Source of the DNA: Campylobacterales bacterium
Lineage (GTDB): Bacteria > Campylobacterota > Campylobacteria > Campylobacterales > JAADDG01
Length of the DNA: 37,369 nt
Reading direction: 5' to 3'
Assembly: GCA_027009865.1 (NCBI GenBank)
Contig: JALVCR010000075.1
Span: forward strand, 1-37,369
The translations under genes and the position numbers were made by a program. How positions within the stretch are numbered: position 1 is the first letter of the stretch; the number at the start of each line of letters is the position of its first letter. Below the pieces are notes generated by a model that saw only the letters and a program-made list of their open reading frames with translations, made no database searches and was not told the origin of the DNA. This document shows positions 1-10,012 of the stretch, one piece after another.

Positions 1-405
1 ATGGGTTTAGAAAATTTAAAGCCAGCTTCCGGTTCCGTTCACTCTAAAAAGAGAGTGGGCAGAGGACAGGGAAGCGGTATGGGAAAAACCGCCTCAAGAG
101 GCAACAAAGGACAAAAGGCAAGAAGCGGTTATAAAATAAAAAGAGGTTTTGAAGGAGGTCAGCAGCCTATTCAAAGAAGACTTCCTAAAGTCGGATTTAC
201 ATCCAAAGTTAAGAAACCTTATGTGATAAATATAAACAGATTGCCAAAATTAAAAGAGTTAGATGAGATTACAATTGAGAGCATAAAAAGCATTCACAAA
301 ATCTCAAAAAAGGTAACAAAAATAAAATTGATAGGAAGCGGCGCTAAAGAGTTGGCATCTAAAATAAAAGATGACAATGTAATTTATAGCGGAATGAACA
401 GATGA
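1..405 (+). CDS. rplO: 50S ribosomal protein L15
   Basis: 134 aa. N-terminus [12 protein letters not shown] and the Gly/Arg/Lys-rich [24 protein letters not shown] segment are typical of L15. The stop overlaps the secY start (ATGA). Position immediately upstream of secY. Confidence 0.95.
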   Translation: MGLENLKPASGSVHSKKRVGRGQGSGMGKTASRGNKGQKARSGYKIKRGFEGGQQPIQRRLPKVGFTSKVKKPYVININRLPKLKELDEITIESIKSIHKISKKVTKIKLIGSGAKELASKIKDDNVIYSGMNR

Positions 406-1664
406 ACAAAGCTTTAGTAAATAAAATCCTCATTACGTTGGGATTTTTGTTCGCTTACAGGATCCTTGCCTATGTGCCGGTTCCTGGAGTGAACATTGAT
501 GTTGTCAAGGAGTTTTTCGACTCCAACGCAAACAATGCGCTTGGAATGTTTAATATGTTCAGCGGTAACGCAGTTAGAAGGCTTAGTATCATCTCTTTGG
601 GAATTATGCCCTACATTACCGCATCTATTATTATGGAGCTTCTTGCGGCCACTTTCCCAAATCTTGGAAAGATGAAAAAAGAGCGCGACGGAATGATAAA
701 ATATATGCAAATTATCCGTTATTCTACCGTCGTTATCACTTTGATTCAGGCCATAGGAGTCTCAATCGGGCTTCAAAGTCTAACCGGAAGAGGCGGAGAG
801 AGCGCCATTATGATAGATATGCCCACATTCATAGCCGTATCTTCAGTATCTATGCTTACAGGAACTATGCTTTTGATGTGGATAGGAGAGCAGATTACCC
901 AAAGAGGTATAGGAAACGGTATATCTTTGATTATCTTTGCCGGTATAGTCTCAGGTATTCCAAGAGCTATAGGCGGAACTATTAATCTCGTAAACACAGG
1001 AGAGCTTAACTTTTTGGTAGTGATAGCCATACTTCTTATTATTTTTGCTACCGTAGGCTTTATTATATATGTAGAGCTTGGGGAGAGAAGGATTCCTATC
1101 TCTTATTCCAGAAAAGTTATGATGCAAAATCAAAACAAAAGGGTTATGAATTACATACCCATAAAAGTTAATCTAAGCGGAGTAATTCCTCCTATTTTCG
1201 CTTCGGCGATTTTGATGTTTCCCACCACCATATTGCAGGCAAGCACCAATCCGATTATTCAAAGTATCAGAGATTTTCTAAGTCCAAACAGCTATTTTTT
1301 CAACTTTTTAACGTTTATTTTCGTAATATTTTTCTCTTATTTTTACGCTTCAATCGTTTTTAACGCCAAAGATATAGCTGAGAATCTGAAAAAACAGGGC
1401 GGGTTTATTCCAGGAGTAAGACCCGGAGAGGCTACCGCAAATTTTCTAAACGAGGTGGCAAGCAGGCTTACTTTATGGGGTTCTTTGTATCTTGGAGTTA
1501 TTTCAACTCTTCCTTGGGTTTTGGTAAAAACGATGGGAGTTCCTTTCTATTTTGGAGGAACGGCCGTTTTAATCGTGGTTCAAGTAGCCTTAGATACGAT
1601 GAGAAAGATAGAGGCTCAAATATATATGAGCAAATATGAAACCTTAAACGCCGTAGGGCTTTAA
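402..1664 (+). CDS. secY: Preprotein translocase subunit SecY
   Basis: 420 aa polytopic membrane protein. It has the SecY signature region [35 protein letters not shown] and the canonical position after rplO. Confidence 0.97.
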   Translation: MNKALVNKILITLGFLFAYRILAYVPVPGVNIDVVKEFFDSNANNALGMFNMFSGNAVRRLSIISLGIMPYITASIIMELLAATFPNLGKMKKERDGMIKYMQIIRYSTVVITLIQAIGVSIGLQSLTGRGGESAIMIDMPTFIAVSSVSMLTGTMLLMWIGEQITQRGIGNGISLIIFAGIVSGIPRAIGGTINLVNTGELNFLVVIAILLIIFATVGFIIYVELGERRIPISYSRKVMMQNQNKRVMNYIPIKVNLSGVIPPIFASAILMFPTTILQASTNPIIQSIRDFLSPNSYFFNFLTFIFVIFFSYFYASIVFNAKDIAENLKKQGGFIPGVRPGEATANFLNEVASRLTLWGSLYLGVISTLPWVLVKTMGVPFYFGGTAVLIVVQVALDTMRKIEAQIYMSKYETLNAVGL

Positions 1665-1667
1665 TAG

Positions 1668-2429
1668 ATGGCTATTAGCATAAAAAAGCCAAAAGAGATA
1701 GAAAAATTAAGAGAGTCCAACCGGATAGTGGCAAGGACTCTCAACTATCTAAAAGAGAATATCTCTGCTGGCATGAGTTTAAAAGAGATTAACCAGATGG
1801 GAGAAGAGTTTATAAAAAGCCAAAACGCAAGAGCGGCGTTTAAGGGGCTTTACGGTTTTCCCGCAGGTGTTTGCACCTCTTTAAACGAGGTTATAATCCA
1901 TGGAATTCCAAACGATACGAAAGTAAAAGAGGGAGATATTTTAGGTCTTGATATAGGAGTTGAGAAAGATGGCTGGTATGGAGATGCGGCCGTTACCATT
2001 CCTATAGGAAAAATCTCAAAAAGGGATGAAGATTTAATAGCCTGCGCAAAAGATGCGCTCTATTATGCTATCGATATTATAAAAGAGGGAATGAGATTTA
2101 AGGAATTAAGTTACGAGCTTGAGAAGTTTATAAAAAAGAGAGGATATGTTCCTCTTAGAAATTTTTGCGGGCACGGAATAGGTAGAAAACCTCACGAAGA
2201 GCCCGAAATTCCAAATTATCTCGATTCTCCAAATCCAAAACAGGGACCTAAAATAAAAAACGGAATGGTTTTTTGCATAGAACCGATGATTTGTCAAAAA
2301 TCTCCGATACCAAAAATTTTGGAAGATAAATGGTCTGTAACAAGCGAAGATGGACTTAGAGGCAGCCATTATGAACATACGGTGGCTATTATAGGAAAAA
2401 GAGCGGAAATATTATCAATAGATGAATAG
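1668..2429 (+). CDS. map: Type I methionine aminopeptidase
   Basis: 253 aa. Metal-ligand context is present: [45 protein letters not shown] and HYEHTV. It follows secY directly, with no adk between them, as I recall for Campylobacterota. Confidence 0.96.
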   Translation: MAISIKKPKEIEKLRESNRIVARTLNYLKENISAGMSLKEINQMGEEFIKSQNARAAFKGLYGFPAGVCTSLNEVIIHGIPNDTKVKEGDILGLDIGVEKDGWYGDAAVTIPIGKISKRDEDLIACAKDALYYAIDIIKEGMRFKELSYELEKFIKKRGYVPLRNFCGHGIGRKPHEEPEIPNYLDSPNPKQGPKIKNGMVFCIEPMICQKSPIPKILEDKWSVTSEDGLRGSHYEHTVAIIGKRAEILSIDE

Positions 2430-2437
2430 GAGGAATT

Positions 2438-2656
2438 ATGGCAAAAGATGGCGTTATAGAGATAGACGGAAAAGTTATAGAGGCTTTGCCCAATGCCACT
2501 TTTAAGGTGGAGCTTCCAAACGGACATGTGGTTTTGTGCCATATAGCCGGGAAGATGAGAATGCATTATATAAAAATAATGCCAGGAGATAAGGTAAAAG
2601 TGGAACTTACTCCATACAGTTTGGATAAGGGAAGAATTACATACAGATATAAGTAA
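2438..2656 (+). CDS. infA: Translation initiation factor IF-1
   Basis: 72 aa S1-like protein, [78 protein letters not shown]-like RBS upstream. Confidence 0.97.
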   Translation: MAKDGVIEIDGKVIEALPNATFKVELPNGHVVLCHIAGKMRMHYIKIMPGDKVKVELTPYSLDKGRITYRYK

Positions 2657-2710
2657 AAATTTACCATTTTTTTGGTAAAATGCGTGCCTTTGCAAAACTG
2701 TGTGAAGAGT

Positions 2711-2741
2711 AATTGAAAAAATGGCCACTATTTTTTCAATT
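2711..2741. other. Perfect 11-bp-stem inverted repeat (AATTGAAAAAA-N9-TTTTTTCAATT) in the infA-rpmJ spacer
   Basis: Read directly: aattgaaaaaa (2711-2721), 9-nt loop tggccacta, ttttttcaatt (2731-2741). The stem is almost all A:T with one G:C pair. Function unknown; it could be an RNA hairpin or a protein site. Confidence 0.4.
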
Positions 2742-2809
2742 ATTGGTTTAGATACTTCACTAAACCTGACAGTTTGCCAAAGTGGAAAATTAATTTATTA
2801 GGAGAGTTT

Positions 2810-2923
2810 ATGAAAGTGCGCCCAAGCGTAAAGAAGATGTGCGATAAATGTAAAATTATTAAAAGAAAAGGAATAGTCAGAGTAATCTGCGTAAATCCAA
2901 AACATAAACAAAGACAAGGATAG
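2810..2923 (+). CDS. rpmJ: 50S ribosomal protein L36
   Basis: Hand-translated and absent from the ORF track because it is under 60 aa: [37 protein letters not shown]. The C-x2-C...C...H zinc-ribbon pattern is present. AGGAG RBS at 2800-2805. It sits between infA and rpsM. Confidence 0.93.
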   Translation: MKVRPSVKKMCDKCKIIKRKGIVRVICVNPKHKQRQG

Positions 2924-2926
2924 TAA

Positions 2927-3298
2927 ATGGCGAGAATTGCTGGTGTCGATCTACCTAAAAAAAAGAGAATAGAATATGCGCTTACATACATTTACGGAAT
3001 AGGTTTGACCACTTCAAGAAAAATACTCGACGCTACGGGAATCTCTTATGACAAGAGAGTTCATGAGCTTAATGAAGAGGAGGTAGCGGCTATAAGAAAA
3101 GAGATCCAAAACAACTATATGGTTGAGGGAGATCTTAGAAAAAAAGTCGCTATGGATATAAAAGCCTTGATGGATCTTGGAAATTACAGAGGATTAAGAC
3201 ATAGAGTAGGTCTTCCTGTTAGAGGTCAAAAAACCAAAACAAACGCAAGAACCAGAAAAGGCAAGAGAAAAACCGTCGGCGCGGCGAGTAAAAAATAG
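2927..3298 (+). CDS. rpsM: 30S ribosomal protein S13
   Basis: 123 aa with the [27 protein letters not shown]-terminus and a basic C-terminal tail. Confidence 0.97.
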   Translation: MARIAGVDLPKKKRIEYALTYIYGIGLTTSRKILDATGISYDKRVHELNEEEVAAIRKEIQNNYMVEGDLRKKVAMDIKALMDLGNYRGLRHRVGLPVRGQKTKTNARTRKGKRKTVGAASKK

Positions 3299-3311
3299 TG
3301 GAGAGTAGATA

Positions 3312-3704
3312 ATGGCTAAAAGAAGAGGAACAAGAAAAAAGATAGTCAAAAAGAATATCGCAAGAGGAGTAGTTTATATTTCCGCAACTTTTAATAATAC
3401 GGTAGTTACCGTAACTGATGAGATGGGAAATGTAATAGCTTGGAGCAGTGCGGGAAGCTTGGGATTTAAGGGAAGCAAAAAATCAACTCCCTACGCAGCT
3501 CAGCAAGCGGTAGAAGATGCGATGAACAAGGCTAAAGAGCACGGAATAAAAGAGGTTGGAATAAAAGTTCAAGGACCCGGTTCGGGAAGAGAGACTGCTG
3601 TAAAAACAGTAGGAGCTATAGAGGGGATAAAAGTTTTGTTCTTCAAAGATATAACACCTCTTCCTCACAACGGGTGCAGACCTCCTAAAAGAAGAAGAGT
3701 TTAA
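3312..3704 (+). CDS. rpsK: 30S ribosomal protein S11
   Basis: 130 aa with [42 protein letters not shown] and the C-terminal [13 protein letters not shown]. Confidence 0.97.
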   Translation: MAKRRGTRKKIVKKNIARGVVYISATFNNTVVTVTDEMGNVIAWSSAGSLGFKGSKKSTPYAAQQAVEDAMNKAKEHGIKEVGIKVQGPGSGRETAVKTVGAIEGIKVLFFKDITPLPHNGCRPPKRRRV

Positions 3705-3741
3705 TTTTTATAAATAAAGTAATTAATTAGGAGAAGTATAG

Positions 3742-4368
3742 ATGGCAAGATATAGAGGGCCTGTAGAGAAAATAGAAAGAAGATTTGGCGTTAGTTTAGC
3801 ACTAAAGGGAGAGAGAAGATTATCTGGTAAAAGTGCTCTTGATAAAAGAAGCTATCCTCCCGGTCAGCATGGACAAAGAAGAGCTAAAATCAGCGAATAT
3901 GGAATGCAGCTTAGAGAGAAGCAAAAAGCTAAATTTATGTATGGAATTTCCGAAAAGCAGTTTAGAAATCTTTTTAAAGAGGCTAACGCTCAAGCGGGAA
4001 ATACCGGAGAGAATTTGATAAAACTTCTTGAGAGAAGACTTGATAATGTGGTTTACAGAATGGGATTTGCCACTACAAGAAGATTTGCAAGACAGCTTGT
4101 ATCTCACGGTCATGTTTTAGTTGACGGCAAAAAGGTGAATATCCCTTCTTATAGAGTGAAAGCTGGACAAAAAATAGAGATAAAAGAGAAATCCAAAAAT
4201 AATCCTCAAATCAAAAGAGCAATAGAGCTTACATCTCAAACAGGTATAGTTCCTTGGGTTGATGTGGATAAAGATAAAGTTTTTGGAATATTTACAAGAA
4301 TCCCGGAGAGAGAAGAGGTTCAAATTCCAATAGAAGAGAGAATGATAGTTGAGTTCTACTCTAAATAA
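3742..4368 (+). CDS. rpsD: 30S ribosomal protein S4
   Basis: 208 aa with the [20 protein letters not shown]-terminus and an S4 RNA-binding domain ([42 protein letters not shown]). Confidence 0.97.
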   Translation: MARYRGPVEKIERRFGVSLALKGERRLSGKSALDKRSYPPGQHGQRRAKISEYGMQLREKQKAKFMYGISEKQFRNLFKEANAQAGNTGENLIKLLERRLDNVVYRMGFATTRRFARQLVSHGHVLVDGKKVNIPSYRVKAGQKIEIKEKSKNNPQIKRAIELTSQTGIVPWVDVDKDKVFGIFTRIPEREEVQIPIEERMIVEFYSK

Positions 4369-4383
4369 TTAGGGAGTAAATAG

Positions 4384-5397
4384 ATGAAAAAGATAGCAAC
4401 TTCTCCTTACATCCCTACCGAAATAGAGATAGAAGAGATAAGCGAAAATAAAGCCAAAATAGTGGCTTATCCGTTTGAGAGCGGATTTGCCATAACTTTT
4501 GCCCATCCTTTAAGAAGACTTCTTTTAAGCAGCACTGTGGGATATGCTCCCACCGCTTTATATATAAAAGGAGTTTCTCACGAGTTTGACAGCGTTAGGG
4601 GAATGTTTGAGGATGTGGCGCATTTTATTATAAATCTTAAAAATATCAGATTTAAAATAAAAAGTGATGAGGATATAGTAGAACTCGACTACTCTTTTAA
4701 AGGTCCAAAAGAGATAAAGGGAGCTGATCTTCAAAACGATCAAGTAGAAATTATCACGCCCGATAAATATTTAGCCACTTTAAATGAAGATGGGAGTTTG
4801 AATTTTACTCTTATTGTTCAAAAAGGAATCGGCTATATTCCAAGCGAGGATATAAGAGAGGGGTTAAAAGAGGGATTTATCTCTTTGGATGCTTTTTTTA
4901 CTCCTGTTAGAAGAGCCGTTTATAATATAGAGAAAGTCTTAATAGAAGATAATCCAAATTACGAGAAGATAGTTTTCGAGATAGAAACGGACGGGCAGGT
5001 TACTCCCATAGAGGCTTTTAAAAACGCTCTTGTTGTTATGTATGATCAGATGGCAATTTTCAATAAGGTTTTGAATTTAAATATTCAGCCAAAAATTGAG
5101 CATGTAGATACCAAAGAGCTAAATAAGCTTTTAAGAAAGATAGACGATCTTGAGCTTAGCGTTAGAAGTTTTAACTGTTTGGAGAAAGCAAACATTCAAT
5201 ATATCGGAGAGCTTGCTTTAATGAGCGAGCAGGAGCTTAAAAACCTAAAAAATCTTGGAAAGAAATCTCTTGAAGAGATTAAAGAGGTGATGTCCAAAGA
5301 GGGATATCCGATAGATCAAGAGCTTCCGGCAGATATGGTGAAAGCTCTTAGCGAAAAAATCAAAGAATTAAAATCAAAATCGAGCGAGGAAAAGTAA
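4384..5397 (+). CDS. rpoA: DNA-directed RNA polymerase alpha subunit
   Basis: 337 aa. It has an N-terminal assembly domain plus a C-terminal domain ([44 protein letters not shown]). Canonical rpsD-rpoA-rplQ order. Confidence 0.97.
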   Translation: MKKIATSPYIPTEIEIEEISENKAKIVAYPFESGFAITFAHPLRRLLLSSTVGYAPTALYIKGVSHEFDSVRGMFEDVAHFIINLKNIRFKIKSDEDIVELDYSFKGPKEIKGADLQNDQVEIITPDKYLATLNEDGSLNFTLIVQKGIGYIPSEDIREGLKEGFISLDAFFTPVRRAVYNIEKVLIEDNPNYEKIVFEIETDGQVTPIEAFKNALVVMYDQMAIFNKVLNLNIQPKIEHVDTKELNKLLRKIDDLELSVRSFNCLEKANIQYIGELALMSEQELKNLKNLGKKSLEEIKEVMSKEGYPIDQELPADMVKALSEKIKELKSKSSEEK

Positions 5398-5747
5398 TGA
5401 GACACAGACACGGATATAGAAAGCTTGGAAGAACCTCATCTCACAGAAAAGCTCTTTTGAAAAATCTCTCAATCGCTTTGGTAATGAACGGAAAAATAGA
5501 GACTACTTTACCAAAAGCAAAAGAGCTTAGAAGCTTTTTTGAAAAACTTGTAACAAAAGCAAGAGTAGGAGATTTTAACGCTCACAGAGCGGTTTTTCAA
5601 GCTTTGCAAAATAAAGAGGCGACTAAAAAGCTGGTAAACGAGATAGCCCCTAAATATAAGGAGAGAAAAGGCGGTTATACAAGAATTATTAGAACAAGAG
5701 TAAGAAGAGGCGATGCTGCCGAAATGGCTTTTATAGAATTAGTTTAA
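5397..5747 (+). CDS. rplQ: 50S ribosomal protein L17
   Basis: 116 aa beginning [24 protein letters not shown]. The start overlaps the rpoA stop (TAATG). Confidence 0.96.
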   Translation: MRHRHGYRKLGRTSSHRKALLKNLSIALVMNGKIETTLPKAKELRSFFEKLVTKARVGDFNAHRAVFQALQNKEATKKLVNEIAPKYKERKGGYTRIIRTRVRRGDAAEMAFIELV

Positions 5748-5752
5748 TTTTT

Positions 5753-5775
5753 AAAGAGGGCTTTGCTCTCTTTTT
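5753..5775 (+). terminator. Putative intrinsic terminator after rplQ
   Basis: aaagaggg (5753-5760) pairs with ctctcttt (5766-5773), including one G:U, around the 5-nt loop ctttg. It runs into a T tract. It lies 6 nt after the rplQ stop, ahead of a 137-bp gap. Confidence 0.5.
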
Positions 5776-5884
5776 AGGTTTCTTTTTATATCACTTTCCC
5801 TATTTGCTTTACAACTCTCCCGCCTTTTAAGATTTCTTTCAACTAATATATTGTTTAATAGATAAAAAATAAAAAAGGAAATTA

Positions 5885-6169
5885 ATGATTCCATTTAGCG
5901 ATGAAGAGTTAAGACCTGCTGTGGAGAAGAGTCTTGAGAAAATTAAGCCCTCTCTTGCTATGGATGGAGGGGGAATTACGCTTTTGGATATTAAAAATGG
6001 AAAAGTTTTTGTTCAATTGCAAGGAGCTTGCGTAGGATGTTCGGCAAGCAATCAAACTCTAAAATATCTAATCGAAAGACAGCTTAGGATCGATATACAT
6101 CCTGAAATAGAGGTTATAAATATTCCACCCGGTATGGAGAGTATGATTGAGGAACTTTCGTCAAAATAA
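5885..6169 (+). CDS. Nfu/NifU C-terminal-domain Fe-S cluster protein
   Basis: 94 aa with the CxxC motif in context (QLQGACVGCSASNQTLKYLIERQL), typical of the NifU C-terminal (Nfu) domain. AAGGAAA RBS upstream. Confidence 0.85.
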   Translation: MIPFSDEELRPAVEKSLEKIKPSLAMDGGGITLLDIKNGKVFVQLQGACVGCSASNQTLKYLIERQLRIDIHPEIEVINIPPGMESMIEELSSK

Positions 6170-6179
6170 AGGAAAAAAG

Positions 6180-6746
6180 ATGAACAAATTCAAAGAGAGA
6201 GCAAAAGAGAGTTTTTTTAAAAGGGAATATAAAAATGCTCTTTTTAACTACTCTCTCTCTTTAAAAGAGTTTCCAAATGATGAGGAGGCCAAACTTGGAG
6301 CCGTGCTTTGCGATTTGGCTTTGGAGAGAGAGGAGGAGGCTGTGGCTCTTTTTGAGTATTACGAGCTTTCCAAAACGCAAGAGGGCATAAATTCAGAAGA
6401 GATAGTAAAAGAGATAATAGAGTCGGTAGATAACAGTATCAGCAAAATATCTTCATTTTTTGTAGATTATTTAAATGAAAGATTGATGATGGAGGAGGGG
6501 ATAGAGTATAGGGATTTTATCGCTTTGGTGGAAGAGAAGAAAGATTTTAAAAGAGTTTTTGAAAATATTATGTTTAGCACCAAAGTTTTAATCTCTAAAA
6601 AAGAGGATTTTTTAGATTTTATAAAACAGCTTCTTTTGCACGGATTTGAGGATATGGCTTTAAATTATATGGAAGAAGCTTTGAAAATTTTCCCAAATGA
6701 TAAAGAGGTTCGAAAACTCTTCGAACTTTTAGAGAAGAAAAATTGA
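6180..6746 (+). CDS. Hypothetical protein, TPR-like helical repeats
   Basis: I prefer the ATG at 6180 (AAGGAAAAAAG RBS) over the track's TTG at 6147, which lies inside the Nfu gene. Two degenerate TPR-like units each end in FPND (ALFNYSLSLKEFPNDEEA and ALNYMEEALKIFPNDKEV). An Nfu - small protein - murE order is conserved in Helicobacter and Campylobacter, from memory. Confidence 0.6.
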   Translation: MNKFKERAKESFFKREYKNALFNYSLSLKEFPNDEEAKLGAVLCDLALEREEEAVALFEYYELSKTQEGINSEEIVKEIIESVDNSISKISSFFVDYLNERLMMEEGIEYRDFIALVEEKKDFKRVFENIMFSTKVLISKKEDFLDFIKQLLLHGFEDMALNYMEEALKIFPNDKEVRKLFELLEKKN

Positions 6747-8047
6747 AATTAAAGATACCCTTTAAGAGCGCCTCCTTCATTACCGATAACTCCAAAGAGT
6801 GCAGTGAGAGCGGAGCTTTTTTATTAACTAAGCAAAACAGAAAATTTTTAGAAGAAGCAAAAAGCAAATCTCCCGCTTTCATTGTCACTGTAAAAGAGGT
6901 TATAGAATTTTTTGAATTGGATAAGATAAAGATAGTCGGAATTACCGGCACAAACGGCAAAACCACTACAGCGGCTGCGATATATTCTATTTTGCTTGAT
7001 TTGGGATATAAGGCCGCTTTGCAGGGAACAAGAGGATTTTTTGCAAATGATGAGAGGATAGAAGAGAAAAGTTTGACAACGCCTCCCATTTTAGCGACTT
7101 TAAAGAATCTCTTAGAGGCTAAAAAAAGAGGATGTGAATATTTTATAATGGAAGTTAGCTCTCATGCTATCTCTCAAAACAGAATAGAGGCTTTGCCTTT
7201 TTTTCTTAAAGTTTTTACCAATATCTCACAAGATCATCTCGATTACCATAAAACAATGGAAAATTATATAGAGGTTAAAAGCTCTTTTTTTAGCGATGAT
7301 TCTTTAAAGCTTATAAACAGAGAGGATAAAAATATAAAATATTCTCTCAAAAACTGCTATACCTACGCTTTAAACGAAGCGGCCTCTTTTATCGTTACGG
7401 CCTACTCTTTAAGAGAGGGAATAAAGGGAATTGTAACTCATCTTGGAGAGAGCGTGGAGTTTTATTCCTCACTTTATGGATTATTTAATTTATACAATAT
7501 TTTAGCTGCAATGGCTTCAGTGAAGCTGATTACTAAAAACTCTTTAAAAGAGATAGCAAAAGCGGTTGAGAGTTTTGGGGGAGTTAGCGGAAGAATGGAG
7601 GTTGTAAGCGATAAGCCTCTTGTAATTGTCGATTTTGCCCACACTCCTGACGGAATGGAGAAGGTTTTAAGCGCTCTAAGCGACAGAGAGCTTATAGTAG
7701 TTTTTGGAGCCGGAGGAGACAGGGATAGAAAAAAGAGACCTCTTATGGCAAAAGCGGCTCAAAAATATGCCAAAAAGATCTATGTAACGAGCGATAATCC
7801 AAGAAGCGAAGAGCCTCTTAAAATTATAGAGGATATCGCTATGGGATTTGATAGAACAGATAACGTTTTGGCGGTTTTGGATAGGAAGAAAGCTATACAG
7901 ATGGCCATAAGGGATGCAAAAGAGGATGAGGTTGTAGTTATTTTGGGAAAAGGGGATGAGGAGTATCAGGAGATAGGGGGAGAGAAAATCCCTTTTGATG
8001 ATAGAAAAATAGCCAAAGAGGCTGTTTTAAGTTTTTGTAAAAATTAA
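6743..8047 (+). CDS. murE: UDP-N-acetylmuramoyl-L-alanyl-D-glutamate--2,6-diaminopimelate ligase
   Basis: 434 aa. Mur-ligase P-loop GITGTNGKTTT, and a DNPRSEEP (DNPR) motif characteristic of meso-DAP-adding MurE. The TTG start overlaps the upstream stop (TTGA). Confidence 0.93.
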   Translation: MKLKIPFKSASFITDNSKECSESGAFLLTKQNRKFLEEAKSKSPAFIVTVKEVIEFFELDKIKIVGITGTNGKTTTAAAIYSILLDLGYKAALQGTRGFFANDERIEEKSLTTPPILATLKNLLEAKKRGCEYFIMEVSSHAISQNRIEALPFFLKVFTNISQDHLDYHKTMENYIEVKSSFFSDDSLKLINREDKNIKYSLKNCYTYALNEAASFIVTAYSLREGIKGIVTHLGESVEFYSSLYGLFNLYNILAAMASVKLITKNSLKEIAKAVESFGGVSGRMEVVSDKPLVIVDFAHTPDGMEKVLSALSDRELIVVFGAGGDRDRKKRPLMAKAAQKYAKKIYVTSDNPRSEEPLKIIEDIAMGFDRTDNVLAVLDRKKAIQMAIRDAKEDEVVVILGKGDEEYQEIGGEKIPFDDRKIAKEAVLSFCKN

Positions 8048-8091
8048 TTTTTTTGATACAATTGCATAGAAATTTTAAAAAAGGGGAGATT

Positions 8092-8469
8092 ATGGGGATA
8101 CCACAACCAGCATTTTATCTTTTTAAATGTGAGCAAAGTTCGCCTCCGGGCATGCCAAAACCAAGTTGCGTAAATGAAAATACAAGAGATCTTTTTCAGC
8201 ATTTGGGACAAAGATTGATGGAAAAAGGGCTTATAGCCACAGTTCAGCCTATTAGAACTTCATGTCTTAACAGATGTCAGCTTGGGCCTGTTATGTTAGT
8301 AGAGCCCGGACACTATATGTATGTGGGATTAACAAAAGAGAAAATTGATAGAATAATAGATGAGCATATTATCGGAGGAAAAGTTGTAGAGGAGTATTTG
8401 ATTCCCGAAGATTTTTGGGATAAGGCCATTTCTCCGATAGAGATGATGAAGATGGCCGGAAAGGCGTAA
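8092..8469 (+). CDS. Thioredoxin-like [2Fe-2S] ferredoxin family protein
   Basis: ATG at 8092 follows the AAGGGGAG RBS; the track's TTG at 8053 is less likely. Cys spacing read from the translation is C-X12-C-X31-C-X3-C ([16 protein letters not shown]...TSCLNRC). This matches the thioredoxin-like 2Fe-2S ferredoxin pattern. Confidence 0.72.
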   Translation: MGIPQPAFYLFKCEQSSPPGMPKPSCVNENTRDLFQHLGQRLMEKGLIATVQPIRTSCLNRCQLGPVMLVEPGHYMYVGLTKEKIDRIIDEHIIGGKVVEEYLIPEDFWDKAISPIEMMKMAGKA

Positions 8470-8470
8470 A

Positions 8471-8836
8471 ATGCAAATTGAGATGCTCTATAGTAAAATT
8501 CATAGGGCAACGGTTACGGATGCTAATTTAAATTATGTAGGCTCCATAACAATAGATGAGGAGCTTTTAGAAAAAGCTAAGCTTAAAGTCGGCCAAAAGG
8601 TGGATATAGTAAATATAAATAACGGCGAGAGATTTTCCACCTATGTAATAAGAGGAGAGAGGGGAAAAGGGGATATCTGTTTAAACGGCGCAGCCGCAAG
8701 GAAAGCTGAAATAGGCGATAAGATTATAATAATAGCCTATACCCTTTTAACTTTAGAGGAGGCCGATTCTTTTAAGCCTTCTGTGGTTTTAGTCGGAGAA
8801 AACAATAAAATAGAGAAGATTTTGGATTATGTTTGA
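8471..8836 (+). CDS. panD: Aspartate 1-decarboxylase proenzyme
   Basis: 121 aa beginning [29 protein letters not shown], with the Gly-Ser self-cleavage site (YVG|SIT). Confidence 0.95.
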   Translation: MQIEMLYSKIHRATVTDANLNYVGSITIDEELLEKAKLKVGQKVDIVNINNGERFSTYVIRGERGKGDICLNGAAARKAEIGDKIIIIAYTLLTLEEADSFKPSVVLVGENNKIEKILDYV

Positions 8837-9140
8837 TAAAATAGATCTTTCACAAATGGGCAAAATGTTTGAAAAAGCCCAGGAGGAAGCCAAAAAGCTT
8901 CAAGAGGACATGGAAAGCAAGGAGTATATTGCAAAAAGCGGAGGCGGTTTGGTTCAAGTAAAAGCAAACGGCAAAGGCGAGATTATAGACATAGAGATAG
9001 ACGACTCCTTGCTTGAAGATAAGGATTCTATGCAGATTCTTTTAATAAGCGCCGTAAATGATGTTTTGAATATGGTGCAAGAAGATAAAAAGAATATGGC
9101 TATGCAGATGTTTGGAAAACTTGGCGGATTTGGAAGGTAG
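8829..9140 (+). CDS. ybaB: YbaB/EbfC family nucleoid-associated protein
   Basis: 103 aa. Core [30 protein letters not shown] is typical of YbaB/EbfC. It overlaps the panD 3' end by 8 nt. Confidence 0.9.
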   Translation: MFDKIDLSQMGKMFEKAQEEAKKLQEDMESKEYIAKSGGGLVQVKANGKGEIIDIEIDDSLLEDKDSMQILLISAVNDVLNMVQEDKKNMAMQMFGKLGGFGR

Positions 9141-9146
9141 AGATTT

Positions 9147-10001
9147 TTGAAAGATAAAATTCTTTTGGAATTTGAAGATTATCTTATCTCCACACTGCCT
9201 AAGGTTGAAAGTTTTCATCCATATTTTCAGAAAGCTCTCGTGGAGATGCTAAAAGCGGGGGGCAAAAGATTTAGACCCTATCTTCTATTAAGCGTGGTTG
9301 AAGCTTATGAGCCTTTGCTTTTAAAAAACGCATTTTCTGCTGCCGCTGCGATTGAATATATTCATACATACTCTCTTATTCATGACGATCTTCCGATTTT
9401 CGATAATGCTTCTTTAAGAAGAGGACATCCCACTCTTCACGTAACTTATGACGAGGTTACGGCAACTTTGGTGGGGGATGCTTTAAATACGCACGCCTTT
9501 TATGTTCTCTCTACCGCCGCTTTGTCAGATGAGGTTAAAATAAGACTTATAAAAGAGCTCTCTTTAAACGGCGGAGCTTACGGAATGGTTTTGGGACAGG
9601 CGATAGATTGCTATTTTGAAAATAAAAAACTTGATTTTGAAAAACTTAAATTTTTACATATTCATAAAACCGCCAAGCTTATTGCCGCAAGTTTAAAGAT
9701 GGGGGCAATTATCTGCAATACTTCAAAAGAGATAGAGGATCTTTTATATAAAATAGGCATCGATTTGGGACTTTTGTTTCAGATAGAAGACGATTTGATA
9801 GATGCCACAAAAGATAGCAAAGAGATAGGAAAGCCTGCAAATAACGATATAAACAAAAACTCTTTTGTAAATCTTTTCGGAATAGAAAAAACCAAAGAGA
9901 AAAAGGCTCAAATGATAGAAGTTGTAGAAAATAAGCTTGCAGATCTAAATCCTTTTCTTAGAGAGAGACTCCAAAATATCGTTAATAAATATTTCAAATA
10001 A
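9147..10001 (+). CDS. ispA: Polyprenyl (farnesyl/geranyl) diphosphate synthase
   Basis: 284 aa. First aspartate-rich motif LIHDDLPIFDNASLRRG and second motif FQIEDDLID. TTG start. Confidence 0.9.
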   Translation: MKDKILLEFEDYLISTLPKVESFHPYFQKALVEMLKAGGKRFRPYLLLSVVEAYEPLLLKNAFSAAAAIEYIHTYSLIHDDLPIFDNASLRRGHPTLHVTYDEVTATLVGDALNTHAFYVLSTAALSDEVKIRLIKELSLNGGAYGMVLGQAIDCYFENKKLDFEKLKFLHIHKTAKLIAASLKMGAIICNTSKEIEDLLYKIGIDLGLLFQIEDDLIDATKDSKEIGKPANNDINKNSFVNLFGIEKTKEKKAQMIEVVENKLADLNPFLRERLQNIVNKYFK

Positions 10002-10012
10002 GGATAACTTTT

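Noticed and set aside
414-1133. Three minus-strand ORFs (414-710, 773-1030, 951-1133) inside secY. Similar antisense ORFs lie at 2106-2728, 3483-4323, 10220-11902 and 6619-7089 (156 aa, opposite murE).
   Set aside because: All lie fully antisense to genes with unambiguous conserved products. They have no RBS and show low-complexity or odd composition. They are typical shadow ORFs of AT-rich, purine-skewed coding strands.
2721-2801. 26-codon ORF ([26 protein letters not shown]) in the infA-rpmJ spacer. A 10-codon ORF also lies at 2682-2714.
   Set aside because: There is no Shine-Dalgarno sequence upstream, and the start codon lies within the loop of the 2711-2741 inverted repeat. No family resemblance was seen. 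It is kept only as a note within the spacer finding.
6147-6179. Longer N-terminal extensions offered by the ORF track: TTG at 6147, TTG at 8053, the start at 21177 and TTG at 28335.
   Set aside because: In each case a downstream ATG has a much better RBS and spacing. It also gives an N-terminus typical of the family, and it avoids long overlaps with the upstream gene.
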